Source: an uncultured Hyphomicrobiales bacterium (GTDB taxonomy: Bacteria > Bacteroidota > Ignavibacteria > Kapaibacteriales > UBA2268). From it: a DNA stretch of 64,000 nt. Numbering within the stretch: the stretch's first letter is position 1; every line of letters begins with the position of its first letter. Under the pieces are notes generated by a model. It was not told the DNA's origin and made no database searches. It saw only the letters and a list, made by a program, of their open reading frames with translations. Below, piece by piece: positions 40,559 through 52,200 of the stretch. The position numbers were made by a program, and so were the translations under genes. The stretch is from assembly GCA_964634885.1 (NCBI GenBank), contig CAZWLN010000001.1, positions 135,932 through 199,931 of the forward strand, in the 5' to 3' direction.

Positions 40559-42391
40559 ATGTGCGGAATTGTAGGCTACATTGGGAACCAAAATGCAACA
40601 CAGTGCCTTGTCAACGGCCTGAAGAGAATGGAATACAGAGGCTATGACTCAGCCGGCTTCTCCATTCTTCAGGACGGGAAGATACACACCGTCAAGAAAT
40701 CGGGCAAAGTCAGGGACCTGGAGAATTGCTTTAACTATGACGATTGCATCTCGACAATAGGAATTGCTCACACACGCTGGGCGACACACGGCGTCCCGAA
40801 CGACGTCAACGCCCATCCGCACCACGACAGCACCGGCTCGGTGTCAATCGTTCACAACGGCATCATCGAGAATTACCAGGCCCTGAAGAAGAAACTCCTG
40901 CAAAAAGGATACTCCTTCAAGTCCGACACAGACACAGAAGTCCTCTCAGTCTATATCGGCGCCATTTTCGAACTCGTCGGCGACCTGGAAAAAGCTGTTC
41001 GCATCGCTCTGAGCGAAGTGGACGGCACATTCGGAATAGTTGTACTCTCTGTCCACGAACCCGACAAAATCATTGCAGCCCGCAGGGGCAGCCCCATGGT
41101 ACTCGGCATCGGCGACGGCGAATATATAATTGCGTCCGACGTCGCTGCCATCATCCAGCATACACGCCAGGTAATCTACCTCTCTGATAATGAAATGGCA
41201 ATTGTCGGGAGGGAAGGCTTTTTAACAAAGACAATCGACAACGAAGAAACCAATTCCATGGTCCATGAGATAGATTTCAACATCGACCAGATTGAAAAAG
41301 GCGGATACGAACACTTCATGCTCAAAGAGATTTCAGAGCAGCCTGTAACGTTCGGGGATGCCTTCCGCGGCAGGCTCGACGCCGAGAGCGGCAATGTCAG
41401 GCTTGGCGGCCTCATCGGTGTGAATGAAAAATTACGTAAAGCAAAGAGAATCATCTTTACTGCCTGCGGTACATCATGGCACGCCGCCCAGGTCGGAGAA
41501 TACATGATCGAGAACCTGTGCCAGATACCGGTGGAAGTGGAATACGCCTCCGAATTCAGGTACAGAAACCCTGTCCTCTATGAAGATGACGTTGTTTTTG
41601 CAATATCCCAGAGCGGAGAGACAGCAGACACACTCGCCGCCGTCAAGGAAGCAAAGAACAAAGGAGCGACGGTGCTGGGCATCGTCAATGTTGTCGGCAG
41701 CTCGATTGCCAGGGAAACCGACGGAGGCATATACATCCATGCCGGCCCTGAGATCGGTGTCGCGTCAACCAAGGCTTTCACTTCTCAGCTCTCAGTTCTG
41801 GCACTTCTGGCTTTGTATCTTGGCAGGATGAAGAACCTGTCGAACATCGAAGCGCTGAAGATTGCCAAAGCCCTGAAGGAGATACCTCAGCAGATCAAGT
41901 CCATCTTTGACCACTCCGAAGAAATTAAGGCAATCGCCAAAGAGTACAGCAAGTCGAGGAACTTCCTCTACTTAGGCAGGGGATACAATTTCCCGGTAGC
42001 TCTCGAAGGAGCGCTGAAACTGAAGGAAATATCCTATATTCACGCCGAAGGCTATCCCGCAGCAGAGATGAAACATGGGCCCATTGCCCTCATAGATGAT
42101 AACATGCCCGTAGTGTTCATCGCTCCCAAGGATGTTATCTATGACAAGGTCATCTCAAACCTCGAAGAAGTTCGCGCCCGGCAGGGGAGAGTCATCGCCA
42201 TTGCAAGCGAAGGAAACACCGATATAAAGAATTACGCCAATCATGTGATATACATCCCCAACACTCTGCCGATGCTGACACCTGTACTGGCAGTAATCCC
42301 GCTTCAGCTCCTGGCGTATTACATGGCAGTGGAACTTGGTTGCAATGTTGACCAGCCGAGAAACCTGGCAAAAAGCGTTACAGTGGAATAA
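40559..42391 (+). CDS. glmS: Glutamine--fructose-6-phosphate aminotransferase
   Basis: MCGIVGYIG Ntn-amidotransferase start. Two SIS domains. C-terminal ...SVTVE. Confidence 0.95.
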   Translation: MCGIVGYIGNQNATQCLVNGLKRMEYRGYDSAGFSILQDGKIHTVKKSGKVRDLENCFNYDDCISTIGIAHTRWATHGVPNDVNAHPHHDSTGSVSIVHNGIIENYQALKKKLLQKGYSFKSDTDTEVLSVYIGAIFELVGDLEKAVRIALSEVDGTFGIVVLSVHEPDKIIAARRGSPMVLGIGDGEYIIASDVAAIIQHTRQVIYLSDNEMAIVGREGFLTKTIDNEETNSMVHEIDFNIDQIEKGGYEHFMLKEISEQPVTFGDAFRGRLDAESGNVRLGGLIGVNEKLRKAKRIIFTACGTSWHAAQVGEYMIENLCQIPVEVEYASEFRYRNPVLYEDDVVFAISQSGETADTLAAVKEAKNKGATVLGIVNVVGSSIARETDGGIYIHAGPEIGVASTKAFTSQLSVLALLALYLGRMKNLSNIEALKIAKALKEIPQQIKSIFDHSEEIKAIAKEYSKSRNFLYLGRGYNFPVALEGALKLKEISYIHAEGYPAAEMKHGPIALIDDNMPVVFIAPKDVIYDKVISNLEEVRARQGRVIAIASEGNTDIKNYANHVIYIPNTLPMLTPVLAVIPLQLLAYYMAVELGCNVDQPRNLAKSVTVE

Positions 42392-42473
42392 ATTGTAATT
42401 ATTTTTAATAAAATGACTTACAAAATTTGTAAATTTGGTTTTTGTATTAAATCGATATTGGATGAAGTAATAT

Positions 42474-43127
42474 ATGCCGGATTTAGAGCCGAGTGAGAAG
42501 CCGATTGAACGTAAGTACGGCTTGCCGAAATACAGGACTGAGATATTAGAGAAATTGAACGATGCATTTTCGAACGGTTACCTCGAGATGGAGGACTATG
42601 AAAGCCGTGTAGAACTTGCCCACAAGGCCGCCTCCATCGAAGAACTGCAAAAAGTTGTATATGATTTTCCCGGCAGCAACATGCAAAGCACCCAATCGCA
42701 GCCACCGTCAACACATTCACACCGCAGTCCTCTGAACATCAACATCGATATGCAGGACACTGTTTTCACCGTCCTGGGCGATAATACTTTCAATGGTGTC
42801 GATCTGCCGTCCGACAATCTTAACATTGTGAATATCCTGGGCGAGACAAAAATCGACCTTACTTCCGAAAACTACACTAAGAATATCTTCGAGATTAATG
42901 TTTTCTCAATGCTGGGCTCCCTGAAAATCTATGCTCCGGACAATCTGAAAGTGAAGTCCCAGGCGTTGGGTGTCCTCGGCAGCATTAATAACAGCAACCC
43001 GCCAATTGACTCCAGACAGGAGAAGATACTGATCATCAAGGGAGTGTGCATCCTCGGGGAGATTAAAGTAATCAGGCAAAAAAGGCCGGGAATGAAAAAG
43101 CGCAGCAGGGATATCCCGATAGAATAG
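42474..43127 (+). CDS. DUF1707-like N-terminal domain + LiaF-like C-terminal beta-repeat domain protein
   Basis: RTEILEKLNDAFSNGYLEMEDYESRVELAHKAASIEELQKVVYDFP resembles the DUF1707 pattern. Repeated LG..K/N.... segments follow. Confidence 0.45.
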   Translation: MPDLEPSEKPIERKYGLPKYRTEILEKLNDAFSNGYLEMEDYESRVELAHKAASIEELQKVVYDFPGSNMQSTQSQPPSTHSHRSPLNINIDMQDTVFTVLGDNTFNGVDLPSDNLNIVNILGETKIDLTSENYTKNIFEINVFSMLGSLKIYAPDNLKVKSQALGVLGSINNSNPPIDSRQEKILIIKGVCILGEIKVIRQKRPGMKKRSRDIPIE

Positions 43128-43178
43128 AATATCCCATATTTAGTATTAATTATTGCCGAATAAAAATTACTCCTATTA

Positions 43179-43454
43179 TTAGGGCCTGCGGTTAAATCTT
43201 CTGTCAGGGCTGTTTTTGTCAAGAGCTTCCTTTACAGTAAGCTGCTTACCGTAATACTCTGAACCGTTCAATCGGTTCATGGCATTTTTGGCTTCCTCGT
43301 CGTTGCCCATGTCAACAAACCCGAAACCGCGGGAACGGCCTGTTTCCCTGTCCATAACGATCTTGACCGAAGAAATCGATCCGAAAGCTGCAAAGATGTC
43401 CTTTAATTCGTCTTCTTCCATGGCATATGGAATGTTGCCAACGAAAATGTTCAT
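43179..43454 (-). CDS. RRM-type RNA-binding protein
   Basis: RNP-2 IFVGNIPY and RNP-1 RGFGFVDM motifs. 91 aa. Confidence 0.85.
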   Translation of the reverse strand: MNIFVGNIPYAMEEDELKDIFAAFGSISSVKIVMDRETGRSRGFGFVDMGNDEEAKNAMNRLNGSEYYGKQLTVKEALDKNSPDRRFNRRP

Positions 43455-43665
43455 TTAAAAACTCCTCAATGTGAAAAAAAACAAACCTTTTAAGTTTGTA
43501 TGATTAATAATCGTCGGGAAACGGATTCTCATTATCAAAATTTCTTGGAATGATAATATTTGTCTCCATTAGATCATATCTAAGAAACAAATATACGAAA
43601 ATAAAAACCGTGTGCTTATCAATTATTTTCTCGTAAGTAATAATTCCGTTGTTAAAGACTGTATT

Positions 43666-43705
43666 TCCCCAAAAAGAAAAAGGCCGTCAATTAAGAAAAA
43701 CGGCC
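43666..43705 (-). terminator. Rho-independent terminator of lplA (minus strand): GGCCGT-loop-ACGGCC followed by TTTTTCTTTTT
   Basis: Read on the reverse complement of 43666..43705. Confidence 0.55.
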
Positions 43706-43752
43706 CCTGTAGCTATTATGTGATAATAATGAAAAAATATCAAATCGATTAA

Positions 43753-44733
43753 TTAAAACAGGCCGTCCATGATCTCATCAATATTGGAATTCATGAAGTA
43801 TTCGTTCAAATTGATTTTCGCCAGGGCCTCCCTGATGGTGTTCTCTTCATGTTTCAGCCCTGTGAGGGCTTTTTCAACATCGGTAGTGTCTTTCATGCTG
43901 AAATAATCTCCGTAAATGCGGCAGCCGGCAATAATACCCTTCTCGACATTGAGGTGAAATTCGATGAAACCACCGCTGCTTTTTACTGCTTTATTGAAAT
44001 TGTACTCTCCGTGGTAGCCGAAATTCCATTCCCATTTCGAATACTTTTCATCGGCAAGAGCCTGGATGGCAGTCCTGTCAGCAGGTGTCAAACCATAGTT
44101 CATGCTGTAGGGATAGAGTTCGAGGACATGAGCCATTATCTTAGCAGAGAATTCATCGAGTGTAAGGGGCTGTTTCAGGTGTTCACTAATGTTTGTAACC
44201 CTGCTGCGGACAGATTTCACCTTCTTGTCGCTGAACTTCAGGGGATTGACGTTCAGAGCCGACGTAAGGTCCTTCATGTCCGAAGTAAAGAGCAGGGTGC
44301 CGTGTTGCAGTATCCTGTCCCTGTAAATGTGCTTGGCGTTACCTGAGAATTTCATGCCGTCGATGGTGAGGTCGTTCCTTCCTTCGAATCTGGCGTCCAC
44401 GTCCAGGTTCCGCAAAACGTCGATTATCGGCTGGGTAAAACGGGAAAAATCGTCATATTCCCGGGGATCGCCTGTTACGATGAATGTGAAGTTCAGGTTC
44501 CCGAGGTCGTGGAAGACAGCGCCGCCGCCGGAGAGCCTTCTTACAACTTTGATACTGTTTTGTTTTACGTAATCAATATTTATCTCAGCCAGGGAGTTTT
44601 GGTGCTTTCCGCAAATGATGGCATTATCATTCCTCCATAGCATAAAAATATCTTCTTTAAAATTCTTCAGCAGGTACTCTTCCGCAGCCATATTGTAGTA
44701 TGGTTCGGTTGAATCGTTGTAAATACAAAGCAT
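43753..44733 (-). CDS. lplA: Lipoate--protein ligase A
   Basis: RRLSGGGAVFHDLGN motif. 326 aa. Confidence 0.8.
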   Translation of the reverse strand: MLCIYNDSTEPYYNMAAEEYLLKNFKEDIFMLWRNDNAIICGKHQNSLAEINIDYVKQNSIKVVRRLSGGGAVFHDLGNLNFTFIVTGDPREYDDFSRFTQPIIDVLRNLDVDARFEGRNDLTIDGMKFSGNAKHIYRDRILQHGTLLFTSDMKDLTSALNVNPLKFSDKKVKSVRSRVTNISEHLKQPLTLDEFSAKIMAHVLELYPYSMNYGLTPADRTAIQALADEKYSKWEWNFGYHGEYNFNKAVKSSGGFIEFHLNVEKGIIAGCRIYGDYFSMKDTTDVEKALTGLKHEENTIREALAKINLNEYFMNSNIDEIMDGLF

Positions 44734-44773
44734 AGGATGGTCCTGTTAGTGATAAAAAAAATGATATTCGGAT

Positions 44774-45253
44774 TTATTTCTTTTTCTTTTCTTTATTCTT
44801 CATCGATTTGAAAATTATTTTCCTCAGTTCCGTATTGAAGAAATGCTCGAAGACGACAAACTTAGCATAGTTACGTGTCCCCAGCAGCCTTTTCATCTCC
44901 TTATTCTTATCGATCACCATATTTTGCAATTGCTGCTGTATCCTGACGTAATCGTCAACCAATTTATTGATTACTTTGTCGGACACGCTTTTGGTGATTG
45001 CCGAATTCAGTTCCTTAGCAGTTTCAGTAAGCATCTCCTGGTGTTTTTCAATTTTCTTTTCCCAGTTGTTGTAAGACTCGATTACCTTTTCTTCGGTTGC
45101 CTCGTCGAGTTCCAGCGCGTCCAACAGCTTCATGTTCTTGATTATCTTGACTCTTTCCTTCACCCTTTGGCTCTGTGAACTCAGGGGGAAACTGCAGAGC
45201 ATCATCAAGCCCAATGAAAGTATTAACAGGTATTTAAGATTTGATCTGAACAT
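44774..45253 (-). CDS. Periplasmic hypothetical protein (possible Spy/CpxP-like LTxxQ fold), last gene of the ECF sigma operon
   Basis: Signal peptide. Helical Lys/Glu-rich sequence. Overlaps the anti-sigma gene by 20 nt. Confidence 0.4.
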   Translation of the reverse strand: MFRSNLKYLLILSLGLMMLCSFPLSSQSQRVKERVKIIKNMKLLDALELDEATEEKVIESYNNWEKKIEKHQEMLTETAKELNSAITKSVSDKVINKLVDDYVRIQQQLQNMVIDKNKEMKRLLGTRNYAKFVVFEHFFNTELRKIIFKSMKNKEKKKK

Positions 45254-45974
45254 TTTTTATATCCTCGATTAATGATTGTATCTGTGATTCATCCAGGTTT
45301 TCAAGTTCGTTGTAGATATTTTCCATTGAACTATTGTCTTCTTTATACAGTGAATTTAATTCTTTCTGTCCTGCTTTGCCCAACTGTTCCGTCAACTGCT
45401 CCTGGTATATCCTGTCGATGGGGCTGTCTTCATCTTCAGCAAAAGCAGTAAGGTCTGAGTAGTCGTCGTTGGAACTGACCGAGAACAAGGGCTCCAGTTC
45501 ATCGGGATTCAAACTGTCGCCGATGATTATGGCCGCATCAGCCTGTGTAACAATTTCAGGTATCGTTTCAGTGGCCGCGGTTGCAATTGCCTTATTTTTG
45601 TCTGTACTGTTGCGCATCAGGTTGTCGCGGTTGAGATAGGTATAAACTCCGATGATGATGATGCCCATGGTAGGGACTGCGTATTTCATGAACCAGGAGT
45701 AGCCGTATGATTTCTTCTTTACCTTAAGTTTGTTCTGTACCCTTACCGAAAGGTTGCGGGTTTTTGCGTCGATGACACTGTCGATGTCCATCTCTTCAAC
45801 TTTGCTGAACACATCTCTGACCTGCCTGATTTCCAGTTGCATTTCAGGGTATTGGGGCAGGTTCTGTTCAAACAGCAGGCGGCTTTCCGTGTCGATCCTG
45901 TTAAAAACATAGTCGGGAAGCATCTCCTGCATCTCTTTTTCCGATAATTTCCTGAATATTTCAGCTTCTTCCAT
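45234..45974 (-). CDS. Putative anti-sigma factor (single-pass membrane protein downstream of ECF sigma)
   Basis: Start abuts the sigma-factor stop. One TM helix AVPTMGIIIIGVYTYL. Confidence 0.5.
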   Translation of the reverse strand: MEEAEIFRKLSEKEMQEMLPDYVFNRIDTESRLLFEQNLPQYPEMQLEIRQVRDVFSKVEEMDIDSVIDAKTRNLSVRVQNKLKVKKKSYGYSWFMKYAVPTMGIIIIGVYTYLNRDNLMRNSTDKNKAIATAATETIPEIVTQADAAIIIGDSLNPDELEPLFSVSSNDDYSDLTAFAEDEDSPIDRIYQEQLTEQLGKAGQKELNSLYKEDNSSMENIYNELENLDESQIQSLIEDIKNVQIKS

Positions 45975-46559
45975 TTATCTATCCTCCATTTCCTCTTCTT
46001 TTTTCAATAAAGATGCCAGTTTTTGGACAGCCTGGTAATAATTTGCTTTCAATCCGCCGACGGAAGTCCCGAGCATCCTTGAAATTTCTTCGTAGGGCAG
46101 CTCATCGAAATACCTCAGGGCAAACGTTTCTCTTTGTTTTTCAGGAAGGCGGGCAAGCATCTTCCTGAAACGCGACTCGAATTCCTTGTTTTCGACAGAC
46201 TGATGGGGTGAAACATCCCCGGAGGGAACTTCGAAATAGTCTTCGCTGCTGCTGCCGGAAAAGAAAGAGAATAATTTCTTCCTTCTTAGGAAGCTGCTGC
46301 AAAGGTTTGAAGTAATCTTGTAGAGCCAGGTCTTCATGCTGCTGTCGCCTCTGAAGTTCCTGATATTGTTAATTGCTTTGATGAACGCTTCCTGAGCAAT
46401 GTCGTCCGCATCTTCGTAATTCTGTACAAATCTCAGGGCTGTCGAGTACACGAATTTCCGGTATTTCCGTACAAAAAGTGTAGCCGCAAGTTCTGCGTCG
46501 CCTTGTAGAAATTCGTTTACTATATCCTTGTCTTTATCTAATACCAATGTGTAACTCAC
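45975..46559 (-). CDS. ECF-family RNA polymerase sigma-70 factor
   Basis: Region 2 (DIAQEAFIKAINNIRNF) and region 4 (LPEKQRETFALRYFDELPYEEISRMLGTSVGGLKAN). Confidence 0.85.
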   Translation of the reverse strand: MSYTLVLDKDKDIVNEFLQGDAELAATLFVRKYRKFVYSTALRFVQNYEDADDIAQEAFIKAINNIRNFRGDSSMKTWLYKITSNLCSSFLRRKKLFSFFSGSSSEDYFEVPSGDVSPHQSVENKEFESRFRKMLARLPEKQRETFALRYFDELPYEEISRMLGTSVGGLKANYYQAVQKLASLLKKEEEMEDR

Positions 46560-46632
46560 ATTTTACCTCTAATTAAATAACCCTCTACAGTTATTTAATT
46601 TATTAGACACATAAGAGACAAAAAGGTTTAAT

Positions 46633-47106
46633 TTACCTCGAAATTTCAAGAATTTCATATTGGGTGATGCCTGCAGGAACTTTTATCTCTGCAACCTCGC
46701 CCACAGTTTTACCCATCAATGCTTTGCCGAGGGGACAGTCCACGGAAAGCTTCTTTCTTTCGTAGTCGGCTTCCTGAGGACTTACCATCAAGTATTCGAT
46801 GATCGAATTATTCTTTGTATTTTTCAGTTTTACCTTTGACAGGATATAAATCTTGTCATTGGGTAGTTCGCTTGGGTCGATTATCTGGCTATTAGCGAGA
46901 ATGTTGCTCAGTTGTGCAATTTTTGTTTCGAGCAACCCCTGGGCTTCTTTGGCGGCATCGTATTCTGCATTCTCGGAAAGGTCCCCGTGCGAACGTGCTT
47001 CGGCAATCTTCTGGGCAATATCCCGGCGGCCCCTGCCTTTTAATTCGTTCAGTTCTTCTTCAATTTCTTTTATTCTTTCCCGAGTCATGTAAATTACTTT
47101 TTCCAT
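46633..47106 (-). CDS. greA: Transcription elongation factor GreA
   Basis: MTRERIKEIEEEL...SENAEYDAAKE coiled-coil followed by an FKBP-like C-terminal domain. Confidence 0.9.
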   Translation of the reverse strand: MEKVIYMTRERIKEIEEELNELKGRGRRDIAQKIAEARSHGDLSENAEYDAAKEAQGLLETKIAQLSNILANSQIIDPSELPNDKIYILSKVKLKNTKNNSIIEYLMVSPQEADYERKKLSVDCPLGKALMGKTVGEVAEIKVPAGITQYEILEISR

Positions 47107-47126
47107 TTCTCCCTCTAATAGCAGTT

Positions 47127-47157
47127 AAAAAAAAATAAAGCCGGTTTATTCGGCTTT
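47127..47157 (-). terminator. Rho-independent terminator of ribBA (minus strand): AAAGCCG-AATAAAC-CGGCTTT then ATTTTTTTTT
   Basis: Perfect 7-bp stem followed by a T9 tract on the reverse complement. Confidence 0.7.
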
Positions 47158-47195
47158 AAATAAAATACTTCAATTAAATTAATCAAAAAAAACAA

Positions 47196-48407
47196 CTATT
47201 CCAAATTTGTTAGAATATGACCCATTTTATTCTTTTTTGTTTTCAGGTAATTGATGTTGATCTCGTTGGGTTCTACCTGCAGCGGTATCTGCTCCACAAC
47301 TTCCAGTCCGTAGCTCTCTAAGCCCACCCTTTTCTTTGGATTGTTTGTCAGGAGTTTCATTTTCCTTACACCGAGCGAAACGAGGATTTGAGCGCCGATG
47401 CCGTAGTCTCTGGGGTCGGGATGGAATCCCAGTTCGACATTGGCTTCGACAGTGTCTTTGCCCTGGTCCTGGAGGTGATAGGCACGGATCTTGTTGCTCA
47501 GCCCGATGCCTCTGCCTTCCTGGCGCATATAGAGTACGACACCGCGTCCGTCTTTATCAATCATATCCATTGCTTTGTCGAGTTGGGAACCGCAATCGCA
47601 GCGCATTGAACCGAAAACGTCTCCTGTAAGGCATTCCGAATGAACCCTGACCATGATTGTGTCGTTTTCTGTCCAGTTGCCTTTGAAAATGGCGACATGT
47701 TGTTTGCCGTCAAGAATATTCTCATATATATTAATCCTGAAATTGCCATGGCGTGTCGGCAGTTCGGCGTCTGCAATCCTGCTGACGAGGCTGTCGGTTC
47801 TTAACCTGTATGCAATCAGGTCTTTCACTGTAATTATCTTGAAATTGTGTTCTGCGCCAAATGTAATGAGGTCGTCGCGCCTGGCCATTGTACCGTCGTC
47901 TTTAAGCACTTCGCACAGTACGCCGGAGGGCTTCAGGCCCGCCAGCCTCATCAGGTCGCCAGCAGCTTCGGTGTGTCCGGCGCGCCTCAGGACGCCGCCA
48001 TCGACAGCGATCAGTGGGAAGATATGTCCCGGCCTGCCAAGATCTTCGGGTTTAGTGTCGTTGTCAACCAATGCCCTGATGGTAATGGCCCGGTCATAGG
48101 CGGAAATGCCCGTTGTAACGCCTTTGTGAAGATAATCGACAGAGACTGTAAAATTGGTACCGTGCATGGCGCTATTGTTGGATACCATCCTGTCGAGTTT
48201 CAATTGCTCGGCTCTTTCGCCTGTAATAGATACACAGATAAGGCCCCTGGCGTGTGTTGACATGAAATTAACCATATCAGGGGTACACAGTTCGGATGAA
48301 GCAATCAGGTCGCCTTCGTTCTCCCTGTCTTCGTCGTCCATTACGATTATCATCCTGCCTGACATCAGGTCTTTCAATGCATCTTCTATTCTGTCCATTT
48401 CTTTCAA
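47196..48407 (-). CDS. ribBA: Bifunctional 3,4-dihydroxy-2-butanone-4-phosphate synthase / GTP cyclohydrolase II
   Basis: RibB MIIVMDDEDRENEGDL. RibA zinc site CLTGDVFGSMRCDCG. Confidence 0.9.
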   Translation of the reverse strand: MKEMDRIEDALKDLMSGRMIIVMDDEDRENEGDLIASSELCTPDMVNFMSTHARGLICVSITGERAEQLKLDRMVSNNSAMHGTNFTVSVDYLHKGVTTGISAYDRAITIRALVDNDTKPEDLGRPGHIFPLIAVDGGVLRRAGHTEAAGDLMRLAGLKPSGVLCEVLKDDGTMARRDDLITFGAEHNFKIITVKDLIAYRLRTDSLVSRIADAELPTRHGNFRINIYENILDGKQHVAIFKGNWTENDTIMVRVHSECLTGDVFGSMRCDCGSQLDKAMDMIDKDGRGVVLYMRQEGRGIGLSNKIRAYHLQDQGKDTVEANVELGFHPDPRDYGIGAQILVSLGVRKMKLLTNNPKKRVGLESYGLEVVEQIPLQVEPNEININYLKTKKNKMGHILTNLE

Positions 48408-48535
48408 TTCTTAATTATACAAAATATAAATGGCAAAGTTAATAAAATAAATGCTATTATTTACAAAAGAAAAAAGACATAACAGCATATATTAATGATA
48501 AAGAGGAATAAAATGAATTTACAGTTACTTAAGCT

Positions 48536-49069
48536 TCAGGAGAGTGTCCTGAAGAAAAGTTCCGGGTTAATGAGGGAGTAGGGCTTTTGTTCAAATAAGC
48601 TATAGCCTATGAAATAGGGTTTGAACTCAAAGATGGGAGGTTTAAGTATCTCAAGGTGAAGGTAATTCCTTCCGCCCTGTTCAATCAGGGAGTATATCTC
48701 TTCTTCTTCCAGGGTCAATTCTGTCCTCCCGTTCAGGACTGAGCCGATGGACCCGATTTTTGTCCCTCTTTCTACAAGATCGCCGTCATTGACATACACT
48801 TCTTTCAATCCGGCATATTTGAGAAAGACATTGTCTGATTTGATTACAACAAATTTTGTGTTAGCAAGTATCGGTGAGATTGAATGGTCAGTAAACCGGC
48901 TGCCGGCGATTACTTTCCCTTTCCTGATGCTTAACACATCAGAGTTCTCGGGAGCATAGATGTTAACGCCACAATTGTACAAACTTTCTCTCTTTTCCCA
49001 AAATGAACCGGGACTGCCGGAGCGGGGTATCTCCTTACTGTAACTTTCCGGCACCGGCCATGTAAACAT
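48536..49069 (-). CDS. M23/LytM-like peptidase domain protein (motifs partly degenerate)
   Basis: YLHLEI (HxH-like) and GTKIGSIG segments. 177 aa. Confidence 0.4.
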   Translation of the reverse strand: MFTWPVPESYSKEIPRSGSPGSFWEKRESLYNCGVNIYAPENSDVLSIRKGKVIAGSRFTDHSISPILANTKFVVIKSDNVFLKYAGLKEVYVNDGDLVERGTKIGSIGSVLNGRTELTLEEEEIYSLIEQGGRNYLHLEILKPPIFEFKPYFIGYSLFEQKPYSLINPELFFRTLS

Positions 49070-49259
49070 TCTTTTCTCCTTACAATTTCAACTTAATGTT
49101 ATATACACTTTTGTTACTGTTTTGTTAGTAACCCGGTCAGCATAATAAATTTGCTAACAGTGATGAAAAAACGTATATTAATAAAATTTAATTAATGTAT
49201 TTTGCTTAATAATGTGAAAATTATTATTACTGAAAATTCAACGGTAATTGGGAGAATAT

Positions 49260-52200
49260 ATGAAACTGCTTTACTCTTCAGTCCTATTGATGCTGGCAGC
49301 AACAATCTCTTATTCTGCTACTTTCTATTCAATTAATTCCGGTTCCTGGGAGAATCCATATTCATGGTCCAATGAATCGCATTACGGAAAACCTGCCGGG
49401 ACATATCCCAACAGCATTTCTGATACGGTTTACATCGACAACAAAAATATCATTTCTTTCTATACGAAGTCGGTTACAGTTGCCAAACTGTCAATCAACA
49501 ACGGCGCCCTCTATGTCGAAGCTTCCAACAATAAGAAACTGACAATTACGAATTATCTCTATGTCGGACAGAACGGCACTTTCAGGAGAAACGCCGGTAC
49601 CGGGTCAATTGGCATCGACACTCTTGCCGTTGCAGGCACCATTGAAAACAGGTCCACACTGTCGAACATCATCTCACTTTACAACACTGCTTCCGACCAG
49701 ATGATGCTGTCCTTCGAAGGCAACACAAGCAGCATCATCACCGGAGAAGGAAACTGGCTGGCTCCAAATGTGAGAATCAATAAAACCTATGGTTTGAAAG
49801 ACACTGTTACAAATAATTCGAAAAGCTTTTCGAACAACCTGTCGGCGCAAATAGATGCGTACCTTGTTTCTTTGTCCGTACTTTCAGGTGTTTATTACCA
49901 CAACAACAGCGCCGCCTTGTCTCTTTCTCCCGATGATGCCGACGGTTACACTCTTGGCAAGAACTCGGGGCTTTTCATCTCTCAGGGTACAATCAACTGC
50001 GGTGTCAGCATCGTAATGGGGGACAGCGCCTCTTTCAGCCTGACCGGAGGAATTGTGAATATCGGTGCGTCAAAAGACCAAAACCTCCTCTACGGCATTG
50101 ATAATTATATGAAGGTCAGTGGTGGAGAACTTCATGTTGCCGGTGTCTTCGCGCAGAACAAATCCAATTCTTCAGTCAATTTCGTTATGTCGGGCGGCAT
50201 AATGGAAGTAATGAAATACGGAGTCTCCATCTCCAACATTAAGCCTTCTTTCTCCATCAATGCTTCCTCGGTTTTCACGAGGAATTTCGACGACAATCCG
50301 GCAGAAGATCAGAGCAGGATAATAATTGCCGGGCAGCACAGCGGGGGTGCTCTGTCGTACAGTGTCCAGACCTCTAATTATGATATTAAAGGAGGTACTG
50401 TCCAGTTCGGTGTCGAAGGAAATTACCTCAATTCCAAATTCCAGGATTTTACTATCTCGACGATTGCTCCGAACTGGAACATAGACATTGTAGAGACAAG
50501 GTACAGCACCACGGCCTTTGGCGCATTAATACAAATGACAAGCCAGATGAGGGTGCTTAACAAACTTGATATCAGAGCTAACGGGGCTTTTGACCTCAAT
50601 TGCAATAACCTTATAATGGAGGGAATGTTTTTCAATTACGGAAGGTTCACTCCCGACGGCGAAGGCAACAACACTACCGGATTGAAGAAGGTTACATTCA
50701 TCGGTACCGCCGAACAGAAAATTCAATGGGACAATCCTGTGGTCAATAAACAGGGAACCGGTACTGTCAACAACGAGCCCTTCTACGACGTCGAAATCAA
50801 CAAAACCGGAGGCAGTCTGTACCTCAGCCCCGGGGCCAACAACGACATAGTCATCAGGAACAGCCTCGTTTTCACTTCTGCCAACACTGTCCCCATCAAC
50901 GGACGGACTTATGACAAATATGTCGAGATGAGGCCTGTCAATACAGGCGACAAGGGAACCATCACCAGGAGCGGAAAGGGACATATCGACGGCAGGCTCA
51001 GGCTTCCTGTTTCCGACACATCACAGGCGCTGATCTTCTTTGTCGGCGCCGGTACGGACTACACTCCGGTGAGGCTGGACTTCAACGGCTCCGGCAGCAA
51101 TACCGGAAAGATAGAAGTGTGTTCCAATCCTGTCCATCCTGCCAGTCTTCAGGCTAACGGCCTGAACATAGATACTAATAAAAGCGTTAAGAGGTACTGG
51201 AACGTACAGGCTGTTGACAATTACAACCTCGGAAGCAGGACTTTTGACCTTACTCTGCAGTTTGTAACGGCCAAAGACATACGCAACGGCGCCGACTGGA
51301 ACAATTTCCGGCAGTTTGACTGCTCACAGGCACCTTACCTGATGCTTACCGAAGGCACAAAATCCAATATGCTGAACCAATCGCTCGGCAACGTCGCTTT
51401 CGGTAACTTCTTCATAGCGGAGGAACCGATCCCTGTCATCGCTGTTCAAGGTACGGTCAGGAGCCAGGCCACAAAGACACCGATAGCCAACGCTTCCGTT
51501 GAGTTTACAAATACTTCGGATAATACGGTCAAATCTGCAGTTACAGACGCAACCGGAACCTACTCGCTGAACTTAGACGAGGGTTCGCAGTACATTGCAA
51601 GAGCAAGCTCGGGCACACAGTATATCCCTGTGTATTACAACGGCACACAGAATATTACCGAAGCGGAACCGGTTGTTGCCAATGCCAATTTGGGTACCGT
51701 GGACTTCCTGCTGAAGGCAGTACCCACCGCCAATAACTCGATTGCCGGCAGGGTAGTGGACAAGTCGAACACTGCCGTACCTGCTTCGGTGGTAGCATAC
51801 CTCATCAAAGCCGACAACTACGACATTACTGCACAATATGAAGCAAGGACTTACGAAGCAATCGCCGGCAAGGGTGTTTTCCAGATCAGCGGGCTTTCTC
51901 CCGGGCGCTACGTCTTACAGGCTGTACCCGTGTCGCCTTCCCTGGTACCGGGCTATTACCTGAAAAGCAACTTCGCAGTCTTTTCCTGGCTCAATGCTAC
52001 TGTCATTGAAATCAAGGAAGACACCAAATCAATCGGCAATGTAATAAAACTCATGGACCTGTCGGCAGCAACCGGCACAGGCAGCATTCACGGGACAATC
52101 ATCGGTGAGGAACTGAAGGTTGTTGCATTTTTCAGCGATGTTCCCAACGCAAAGAAGTCCGTTTCGGGAGCAATGACATTCACTGTCGATGAGAACGACA